From the sequence record SRR20825010_2427: a stretch of DNA of 44,565 nucleotides. One strand, 5' to 3'. The notes below the pieces were generated by a model. That model worked only from the letters and a program-made list of their open reading frames with translations, was not told the DNA's origin and ran no database searches. Within the stretch, counting starts at the first letter, position 1. Each line of letters starts with the position of its first letter. This document shows, one piece after another, positions 37,401-44,565 of this stretch. The position numbers were made by a program, and so were the translations under genes.

Positions 37401-37816
37401 ATTTGGCCCATGATTGACGAAATCGGTGCCAGCGTCGGCTTCACACCATCGGGCAATTGCTCTGACGCGAGTTGCAGTCGTTCATTGACTATTTGCCGGT
37501 CGTTGTAGATGTCCGTGTTCCATCCGAACTCGATATAGATGACCGACAAACCGATTCCACTGCTACTGCGAACCGCCTCGACTCCGCTGGCCCCGTTGAA
37601 CGCTGTTTCCAGCGGAAAGGTGATCAGCGTTTCGACCTCTTCCGGCGCCATCCCGTGGGCTTCGGTGATGACGACCACCCGTGGCCGGTTCAAGTTCGGA
37701 AAAACATCAATCGGAAGCTGACTGGTTTGCCAGGTCCCCACGCCGAGCATGATCGCGGCCGCCACCAGTATCAGCAGGCGGTTCCTCAGCGAGAATTGAA
37801 TGATTCGGTCTAACAT
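34478..37816 (-). CDS. CusA/CzcA family heavy-metal RND permease
   Basis: PIDVFPNL, AIGELVDDAIVDVEN, RRTGRAE.DEH, RNGILL, PVLMTAL. Start trimmed to ATG 37816. Confidence 0.95.
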   Translation of the reverse strand: MLDRIIQFSLRNRLLILVAAAIMLGVGTWQTSQLPIDVFPNLNRPRVVVITEAHGMAPEEVETLITFPLETAFNGASGVEAVRSSSGIGLSVIYIEFGWNTDIYNDRQIVNERLQLASEQLPDGVKPTLAPISSIMGQILMYGMWSEGGETEPMKVRTMADWVVRQRLLTVPGVSQVFTMGGGRKQFQVLIDPDKLIQFGLTIEDVHTAVNESNMNATGGYLDDQGANELLVRGLGRITSLDELKQIAITMRAGRPVTLADVARVVEGAQVKRGDSSAFLRDEAGNIEGGPAVVLTINKQPGSDTRKVDQAIAEALEELRVSLPDDIRIANVYSQRSFIDRAIENVVEALADGGVLVLVILFLFLLNFRTTFITLTAIPLSIISTACVFAIFGLSINTMTLGGLAVAIGELVDDAIVDVENIFRRLKENRNQDNPRPVLRVVYDASVEVRSSVVYGTAIVVLVFIPLFALEGMEGKLFVPLAMGYVVSLIASLGVSLTVTPVLASLLMVGKRNWQMVVPVMAFGISGLTVTWILPRLSHWFIEGWQLPGSTLVWTLLLTPVFWIVIQVSEWLLGGGDAEEGRLLEGLKGIAGLAIRFSTRLAVPVLAATAVLVVFAAIALSRLERDFLPPFNEGAVQVNALLAPGTSLATSNEIGVAIQEELMKIDSVKSVARRTGRAELDEHAEGVNVTEMFLEIADDANREQTIETVRETMEEFPGVVSSTEQPLAHLISHMISGVKAQIGIKLYGDDLDVLRNKAEEMKRRIADVPGLADVMIEQQTNIPQLRIDVDQVALTQNGLRPANVMELVETAMNGQVVSQIVMGQRTFDLMLRMDEPYRENIDKLMRLPVPLPNGGTLPLDELADVYRSDGPNMIKREKVRRRIVLQANVSDRGVVDVVNDIQSRLEDLELQPGYYLEYGGQFESQQSATRRLMILSGVALVGMFLVLYTLFGNVNFAMQVLVALPTAFVGAVAALVLTDQNLTVAAMVGFISLCGIASRNGILLLNHYLHLVRHEGESWTHQMVVRAGQERMAPVLMTALTSGIGLLPLALAAGEPGKEILFPIATVIVGGLLSSTLAEFFVRPALFWAIGRTAGQQMVAETAGDFGESFEK

Positions 37817-37929
37817 CGTGGGCCAATTTTCATGGAATGGTTTGGCGTGGTAGCGTGACGCAGCGTGCAATGTTTGCCGTGCTGATCCGCCACAAAGAGA
37901 ATCTCAACAACAGTCGGAATGGACAGAGG

Positions 37930-39432
37930 TCAGTGGTTGTGTCCTGCGTGCGGATCGATCGCCCCGCCACCACGATTCTTCATTTCCATTTGCAACTGAT
38001 GAGCACCGCGAACCGCGATTCTCTGGCCCGGCCAAACTTGACCATCGTTCCTGATCGCGACGTGAACACTGTCGCGAGCCATCACTTCCACCGGAACTCG
38101 ATCGAAGTGATCACCGTTTTCGATAAAGACGAAACGATTCAACCCTTCCTCCGGCACCGCGTCCTTCGAAACCACGATCGCATTTTCCATTCGCGCGACC
38201 GGCAAGCGAAGTGTCAAGCGTTGCCCCGGTTTAAAACGCCAACTGACGTATCGCTTCTGGTTCCGTGTTTCATCCCGTTCGATTTCATTTTCGAGCCCCA
38301 CATAAAACGCAAGTGAGCGAGACTCGGCTTCCACCTTGTTACCGATGTAAACCACGTTCAGTCCGTCCAACAGTTCGGTTTCACCGTCCGCTCCGTTCAT
38401 GATCGCCTGTACTTCCGCGTGCGTGTCGGCCGCCTGACGAAGCAACTTTGCATCTCGCTGGTACGCTTGTCCCTCGATCAGCAACTGAGCGAAATCAGAT
38501 ATCTGCGAAATCTGCTGGCCCGCCGTCACCGATTCACCACGACGCACATCCAACTCTGAAACCACAAACTCAGCGTCGATGTGCGTGTGCCCGTGGTCGT
38601 CCAATGGAGGTGGCTGCATCGACGCGATTCGAGCGTCAGGATTGCCGGCCATTCGGTCCGTCGCCCGACTAAGTGCCTCGTGGTGTAGCGAGTTGTCCTC
38701 TTCCACCCACGGTGCCCGAACGACCAGTTCGCGAATCAAAGTTCGATCACGCTCGATCGATTCGATTTGCTGTTCAGTCAAACCATGCAACAACATTGAC
38801 TGCTTCGCCGCACGGATCCCCGCCAGCAATCTCTCTCGTTCGTACTCGCGAGCCAACCGAGTTTTCCCGGACACCGCACCCGAATTGGCGATCGCCGACA
38901 ACCGTTGGATCTCGCGATTTTCCACATCCAATTGCCCCAACTGCAACAGAAAGTTCTCTTGCGTCTCAACCAAATCTTGGTGAGTCAACCTCAGCCGAAA
39001 CATCGGTGCGCCGCTTTGAATCAACTCACCTCGCGAGACATGAATTGCGTTGATCACCCCGGTCAACGGAGACGTGATGGAAATATGCGTCTTCCCTGGC
39101 CACTCGGTCACCATACCGGGAATTTCGACATACTTGGTGTAGGGACCAACGGTGATTGGCTCGGTACGAAGCCGCAAATTGGCTCTCGCTTGCTCACTCA
39201 ACTCAATCGAGTTCGTTTCATCATGCCCCTCGTGATCGTGCCCTTCATGGCTGTCGTCCGGATGGTCGTGACCAGCGTGATCATCCGATCCAACGTTTGC
39301 CTCCGATACGGCAGCCGAACGACTCCCAAAATCGGTGAAGAAGTAGAGACCGGCTGCGACGGCGATCACGACGGCCAACAACGAAAGGATCGAAGTGCGC
39401 AACGACGCGAGCCACTGATTGGATGAAGTCAT
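37930..39432 (-). CDS. RND periplasmic adaptor (CzcB/CusB-like), His-rich
   Basis: N-terminal TM, HAGHDH repeats, lipoyl/hairpin pattern (SPLTGVI..I.V.RGE), C-terminal DPHAGHNH. Confidence 0.9.
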   Translation of the reverse strand: MTSSNQWLASLRTSILSLLAVVIAVAAGLYFFTDFGSRSAAVSEANVGSDDHAGHDHPDDSHEGHDHEGHDETNSIELSEQARANLRLRTEPITVGPYTKYVEIPGMVTEWPGKTHISITSPLTGVINAIHVSRGELIQSGAPMFRLRLTHQDLVETQENFLLQLGQLDVENREIQRLSAIANSGAVSGKTRLAREYERERLLAGIRAAKQSMLLHGLTEQQIESIERDRTLIRELVVRAPWVEEDNSLHHEALSRATDRMAGNPDARIASMQPPPLDDHGHTHIDAEFVVSELDVRRGESVTAGQQISQISDFAQLLIEGQAYQRDAKLLRQAADTHAEVQAIMNGADGETELLDGLNVVYIGNKVEAESRSLAFYVGLENEIERDETRNQKRYVSWRFKPGQRLTLRLPVARMENAIVVSKDAVPEEGLNRFVFIENGDHFDRVPVEVMARDSVHVAIRNDGQVWPGQRIAVRGAHQLQMEMKNRGGGAIDPHAGHNH

Positions 39433-39703
39433 GACAGTGCACAATCATTTGGTGAACGATCGGATCGCTCGTACGTTCAGCGGAAACGCTGTCCGTCATG
39501 CCAAGCATTTCATTTCGCGTTGGCGGCGAGACGAATACGAAGCTCTTCAAATGAGCAGACGCAAAACGTCAATCAGCACCCATCGCAAACGATTTGCTCG
39601 TTCCGATCAAGAAAATGGTTTGGGGATGAAAGCGGAACGATGCTTGAACCGTTGACGTGGATTGACCACGCTCACGGACAAATCATCGCGGGGCTTCCCA
39701 AAC

Positions 39704-40222
39704 TCAAATCACCCAAGTGCACAGCAATGCACAGTGATAACGGGATCCTATCGCAGTCCAGCCGACATCGTCAGCGACCGCCCCCGTTTTGAACGCCGCA
39801 CCCCGAAGATCATCGCAATACAAATGCGTATCGAGATAAGAGAGCGTGGGCATTTCAATGACGAATTGCACGTCATTCGAATTCACAAAACTGCAACCCG
39901 CCCCACCGTGACATCCGGGGTGGTCACCATCACAGGGGTCCGATTGACAATCGCATCCGACATCACATACCGAATCGTGAGCATAGGCTGAATGCTCATT
40001 CGGATTGGAGTCACAAACATCGCTGTGATGTTCACAAGTTCCGTGCCGTGTCGAATGATGGTGGTGCCCAGCGTGGACACTTGGCGATTCGTCCACCGCA
40101 CCGACGTGCTGACAACCGTCGTGGTCATGCCCACCGCATGCGACTGCATGATGCATCGAACACCCGAAAAACAGGTGCAGCAGCAATGCTAAGGCGGTGG
40201 TGAAACGACAGAATGCGGACAC
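39704..40222 (-). CDS. His/Cys-rich exported hypothetical protein
   Basis: 172 aa with signal-like N-terminus; about 20 His and 15 Cys by hand count; ends HCALLCTWVI. Confidence 0.78.
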   Translation of the reverse strand: MSAFCRFTTALALLLHLFFGCSMHHAVACGGHDHDGCQHVGAVDESPSVHAGHHHHSTRHGTCEHHSDVCDSNPNEHSAYAHDSVCDVGCDCQSDPCDGDHPGCHGGAGCSFVNSNDVQFVIEMPTLSYLDTHLYCDDLRGAAFKTGAVADDVGWTAIGSRYHCALLCTWVI

Positions 40223-40368
40223 GGTTTCTCTGAAGGTGAAAGGTTGACGATATTATCGGTTGTTCCGGCGACGAAGGCCAGATCGAAGAAATCATCGCGA
40301 TTGGTTTTCGGACAAAAACTTGAAACGCACGGCGATGTTTCCTGGGGATTACTCTTCCGTCGCCTTTC

Positions 40369-41976
40369 TCAACCGTCCAAGGTCACTAACAACCCTTCAA
40401 TCTCCGCGGCGGCCTGGCGAGCTTCCGCGGCAGCTGCCAAGACGCTCAAACGCGTGTTGAACAACGTTCGCTGAATGGTAAGGAGCTGGATATAATCCGT
40501 TTCACCGGCCTCAAATGCTCGCTGCGAAAGCTGATAGGTCTCTTCCGAGGTCGGCAAAACATTCTCGTTCAGACGGCGATAACGCTCGAGCGCAACTTGA
40601 TAGCGACCGGCCGCACTGGCCAACCGCCCTTCTAAACTCAGCCTCGTTCGGTCAATCGCTGCCGACGCTTCAGCGATGCTGGCGCGAGCACTTCGAATGT
40701 TGCCCTGGTTGCGATTCCACAAAGGCAAAGGCACGCTCACGCCGACGCTGGCGAACGTATCATCGGTCGATGCGTCAACTCCGACACCAATCTGGCCGGT
40801 GATATTGGGGGTGACTTGGGCACAAGCCAAACGCAGTGACCAACGTGCGCGTTCCAGCGCCGATCCGGCAGCCGTGATCTCTGGACTGGTCGCGGTGATT
40901 TCGGCGAGCAACGTCTCCCAAGGTGTTGCGACCAAACCTTCGCCGATGTCGCCCACCAAAGCATCCGGCGGCAAAGTCTGCAAACCCGCCGCTGCGGCGA
41001 GCACACCGCGATTGGCTCGCAATTGGGTTGCCGCATTTTCTGCGGTGATACGAGCTTGCTCGGCCTCGACGGTAGCCTGCAACCAAACCACGCGTGAAAC
41101 TTCTTGAGCGTCCAGCAAGTCCTGGACACTGCTCAACGACTTCTCCGCCAAATCAACAATCTGGTTGGCAATCTGAGCCCGTCGTTGAGCCACGATCGCC
41201 GCAGCAAATGCCGACCGGACGTTCGTCAGCACTCGCAACTCCGCCATTCGCAACTGTGAACGGCGTCGCTCGGCTTCGTGTGCTTGGACCTGTTGAGCGA
41301 TCTCCAGTTTGTTCGCGGTCACAAATTGCTGCGACAACTGGACCGAGTGCATTCCCGAGGACGATTCATTGCCAATCTCATCCGATTGATACTGAAGAAC
41401 CGGGTTGAATGGCAAACCGGCTTGGACGGCCTGTCCGGTCGAAAATGCAACTCGCGCTCGTGCTTCAGCGATCGCGGGGTGCGATCCCAACGCCATTGTC
41501 TCCACCGACGACAACGTCAATCCGGTTTGTTGAACTGAATCGGCCGGCGTTGACGCTGCTGACAACGGTCCGGAAAATTCGTTCTGCATCAACGATTGCG
41601 ATGACTCGAGCTCGTTTGCCGAAGCTTCCAATGCCATTGCATCACGCAGTGTTTGTGGCTCAACAACCAGCGTGAGGTCATTGTCGCTTATCGGATTGAG
41701 CTCCACGGGCGCTTTCACGGCGACCGCTTCTCGCTCTGTTTCACGCGTTAGCGAAAACTCATTGAATCCGACTTGTTCGATTCCGGCCTCCGGAATCGGG
41801 CTTACTGGAACATCTGATCCCGCTGGCGGTTTCACAATTGACTCCGAAGCCACTATCGATCGATCCGAGCGGGTTTCTCCGAGTGTCTGACAACCGCCAC
41901 TGATCCCTAATGCAGCCAGCAACAGCAAGCGTTTCGCAATTCGCGTCCGCCCACCGAGTTCCGAATGCTTTTGCAC
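40369..41976 (-). CDS. TolC/CzcC family outer-membrane efflux lipoprotein
   Basis: Lipobox SGG-C, HPAI..A, PFNP, VSVPLPLWNRNQGNI, FEAGETDYIQLL; GTG start after AGGAAGG. Confidence 0.9.
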   Translation of the reverse strand: MQKHSELGGRTRIAKRLLLLAALGISGGCQTLGETRSDRSIVASESIVKPPAGSDVPVSPIPEAGIEQVGFNEFSLTRETEREAVAVKAPVELNPISDNDLTLVVEPQTLRDAMALEASANELESSQSLMQNEFSGPLSAASTPADSVQQTGLTLSSVETMALGSHPAIAEARARVAFSTGQAVQAGLPFNPVLQYQSDEIGNESSSGMHSVQLSQQFVTANKLEIAQQVQAHEAERRRSQLRMAELRVLTNVRSAFAAAIVAQRRAQIANQIVDLAEKSLSSVQDLLDAQEVSRVVWLQATVEAEQARITAENAATQLRANRGVLAAAAGLQTLPPDALVGDIGEGLVATPWETLLAEITATSPEITAAGSALERARWSLRLACAQVTPNITGQIGVGVDASTDDTFASVGVSVPLPLWNRNQGNIRSARASIAEASAAIDRTRLSLEGRLASAAGRYQVALERYRRLNENVLPTSEETYQLSQRAFEAGETDYIQLLTIQRTLFNTRLSVLAAAAEARQAAAEIEGLLVTLDG

Positions 41977-42230
41977 AATGACACCTTCCTTGAAAATCGC
42001 GACTAGCCCGATCATTCCATCGGTCCAACACGATGCCTGTATCAGCCATCATTGCGACAACCCGAACGATTCATCCGATCGGAACGTCCGCCTGTAACGG
42101 TTATTCCGATCAACAAAGCCAACTCGCACTCGTTTCCCGCTCGCCGAACTCAAACAACAGGAGAGCGGGGTTAGTTCCTGAACCGGATCCGTCCTGGCGT
42201 CGACTCGAACGAACCGCCCGGCATGACGGA

Positions 42231-42707
42231 TCACTCATCCTCTAACTTGTTCGAAATGACTTGGATCGCATCGGGCAGTTTTGAAACGACGATCGCGTGT
42301 GTCGGATAAGTCATTGCCATGCCGACGGGCCCATTCCCACGCGGCGAACCTTCTCGCAAATAGATGTTTAGAACATCCTCGCTGAGTGCGATGCCGACGA
42401 TTCGGATTGAATAGCCAGTCGTACTGCACTCCCCGCGGGCGGCGATCACAACCGATTCGCTCGTAAAATCAACCGATTGAAAAGCTCGCGAGGCTGCATC
42501 AGCAGGCTGGCCTGTCAGTTCAACAAAGTCGTCGACTGAATGAATCACGTGAACGCCCGCCGACATCACCCGACCGACGTTGATGGTTTGACGAACTGGA
42601 ATTGGCTTCCCGTCAACAATTGGAAGAACATCCACCTTCGACTGGACACATCCGCTGGCGAAACAAAAAAGGATCGTAAGAACTTGGCACGCAATGGAAT
42701 TGGTCAT
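42231..42707 (-). CDS. PrcB C-terminal domain lipoprotein
   Basis: Lipobox ASG-C; VDFTSESVV...GECSTTGYSIRI...AMTYP. Confidence 0.8.
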   Translation of the reverse strand: MTNSIACQVLTILFCFASGCVQSKVDVLPIVDGKPIPVRQTINVGRVMSAGVHVIHSVDDFVELTGQPADAASRAFQSVDFTSESVVIAARGECSTTGYSIRIVGIALSEDVLNIYLREGSPRGNGPVGMAMTYPTHAIVVSKLPDAIQVISNKLEDE

Positions 42708-42850
42708 GGGAATTCGATTGGTCTGAGTGGGGAATCGTGAAAAGCTTCTGCCGTTGTCTTCGCTTTTTGCACTGATCGCATGAAAGCGTCGTCACTCGAA
42801 TCTTCGCAAGCGACACGGACGACCGTGCCGCTCGTCATCGAACGCAAAGA

Positions 42851-44062
42851 CTATTTCAGGCCTTGTTCACGCAGCCACTTGGCAACTTCGGCTCGTTCGT
42901 TCTTCACTTCCTCCAACGGGTTGCTTCCATTACCGATGCCACCAAACGGCATCCGCTTGCCATAGTGCGCATACGTCGGAGCACCATACCTGGATGGCCG
43001 TGGCTCGGCAGTTGCAAACTCCAGTGCGTTCTTGCCAGCCAAGCCGCCGTAGAAGTCCTGCAACACGTCCGCGACAAATGCACCACGGACGGTTTGGTAG
43101 ACGCGACCTTTCCCGGCATAGCGATCTCCTTTTGTCACTTGTGTGGATCCATCCCACCGCACTTCGAACCGTGAATGCTTTTCACCTTTGCCAGTCTCAT
43201 CTTCGTCGCAACCCAAAGTCGAGACTGCATTCAGATCAGCTCCCATCTCCACCAAACGCTTCACCAGCTTCAAGTCACCCGCCGCGGCGGCGATGTGCAA
43301 AAGCGTCTTGCCTCCACAGCGGCTTTCAACCTTCAGTTCACCCTTTTCCAACGCCTCCAAAACGGTGGACGAATCACCCAAAATCAATGCTTCGATCTCG
43401 GACGGATACTTGATGGTTTGACTGTTCATTCGATACTGATAGTGCGGTTGGATCAACGCGAGTTCTTCGATGCGAAGCCCCGACGCCAATTGCCACTCCC
43501 GCAGTCCATCAGTTGTGATCGCACCAAGCTCATCTAATCGGTGCTCCTCGTTGATACGACGAGCCAATCCGGGGTAGCCTGACGTCGCGATCAAATGCCC
43601 AACCGCACAGTGAGTTCCCCATGGGTCGATGAACACCGGACGACGTCCGGCCACGAAAATATTTTGCGGGAACACACGATCCACCGCGTATTCGCGAAGC
43701 CGCTGAATATTCGCCCGACGCTGCTTCGTTTGCGACGCGTTCAAGTCATCGACCTTCGCATTTTCAAGTCGCTCGATCACCAACTCGAAGTGTTTTTGAA
43801 GCAACTGGACTTCGCCAACCTCGGATTCGCCATCAAGATCAAACGTCTCCGAACCCAAGATCGAAACCCAGTTTGGATTCACATCACAAAGCCGTTCGTG
43901 CAACGATGTGGACGCCGCCTGTTCAGATCCAATCGTCGATGCATTCGCTTCCACCGAAATGGGGGCTGAAATAGCCAGGGTCGGTTGCAATGCCGCGGCC
44001 GCAAAAGCCATTGGAAGCACAGACGGGATGAGTGTTTTGAGGAATCGTTTCGCGAAAAGCAT
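42851..44062 (-). CDS. Secreted ankyrin-repeat protein
   Basis: Signal peptide; GKTLLHIAAAAGDLKLVKRLVEMGADLN ankyrin unit; N-terminal FPQN...HCAVG domain. Confidence 0.8.
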   Translation of the reverse strand: MLFAKRFLKTLIPSVLPMAFAAAALQPTLAISAPISVEANASTIGSEQAASTSLHERLCDVNPNWVSILGSETFDLDGESEVGEVQLLQKHFELVIERLENAKVDDLNASQTKQRRANIQRLREYAVDRVFPQNIFVAGRRPVFIDPWGTHCAVGHLIATSGYPGLARRINEEHRLDELGAITTDGLREWQLASGLRIEELALIQPHYQYRMNSQTIKYPSEIEALILGDSSTVLEALEKGELKVESRCGGKTLLHIAAAAGDLKLVKRLVEMGADLNAVSTLGCDEDETGKGEKHSRFEVRWDGSTQVTKGDRYAGKGRVYQTVRGAFVADVLQDFYGGLAGKNALEFATAEPRPSRYGAPTYAHYGKRMPFGGIGNGSNPLEEVKNERAEVAKWLREQGLK

Positions 44063-44296
44063 TGGTTTGGTTCCGTCACAAAAGAGAAGAAAGTTGGCGG
44101 TACAGTCCCGCCTCATTCCCTCCTGCGAATTCCCGCTGCTTTCCCCTCAATCAAAAAGCAGAATTTTTCAAACCAGACCCATACCGTTCTTCCAAACCAG
44201 GCCAAAGAACAACGAAGCAATTTTCGTGACTCTCAATGGTGGATCCAATTTTCCTGACGAATCTCGACGCAACCACGATGTCATTCGTCTGGCAAA

Positions 44297-44565
44297 TCAC
44301 CATTCCATCACGCGAGGTTGCCACCAGACATCAGATACCAAAACGGCTAAAAACCACGAAATGGTTAGCCAACGCAGGCGAGTAGTCAGTCCAGCGGCGT
44401 CATACTTTTGCGCACGGAACGCGAAGACGGTGGAGACGAGAAGTGGGGGCCAAAATGGTGCCGTGTTGGCAACAAAGACCCAGTACATAAACCATGCGGC
44501 GAAGTGAAGCAGGTCGGCAGGAATGATCAGGTACAACGAAGTGAGCCGTTTGGGCGTTAGCCCCG
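44297..44565 (-). CDS. Partial membrane protein (5' end outside the window)
   Basis: The frame of the 44297-44536 ORF stays open to the window edge; hydrophobic, Trp-rich. Confidence 0.5.
   Translation of the reverse strand, partial: GLTPKRLTSLYLIIPADLLHFAAWFMYWVFVANTAPFWPPLLVSTVFAFRAQKYDAAGLTTRLRWLTISWFLAVLVSDVWWQPRVMEW

Noticed and set aside
1-44565. tRNA, rRNA, CRISPR, transposase/integrase or defence systems
   Set aside because: No such signatures were seen by eye; small structured RNAs cannot be excluded without a covariance-model search.

Overview
Bacterial DNA of about 55% GC, most consistent with a planctomycete of the Rhodopirellula type (TIGR03067 protein, planctomycete-style CsrA/ECF and palindrome; taxonomy is inference). 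Bases 61-29112 form a ~29 kb island of general-stress-type genes: AI-2E transporter, two BON-MscS channels, DUF2254, CsbD, DUF883/YqjE-like proteins, YbdK ligase plus M20 hydrolase, Pmp3/YqaE, DUF421, Pcs, App1 and YihY. A complete candidate signalling chain sits inside it: a 1637-aa CheB-CheR-PAS-LOV-PAS hybrid histidine kinase with an intact GRNCRFLQG blue-light motif, a stand-alone Hpt protein, a single-domain receiver, a sigma54 enhancer-binding response regulator (GAFTGA) and CsrA. Reading the intergenic DNA by eye, I found 12 correctly spaced and oriented sigma54 -24/-12 motifs (GG-N10-GC) in front of nearly every transcription unit of the island, and none in the remaining ~15 kb. This suggests a light-responsive, sigma54-driven general stress regulon (inference). 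The rest of the window holds an ECF sigma factor, a pterin dehydratase, an orphan secretin-like protein, a catalytically degenerate ketosynthase, a heavy-metal RND efflux locus with a His/Cys-rich ORF, a PrcB-C lipoprotein and an ankyrin protein. No rRNA, tRNA, CRISPR array or transposase was seen.
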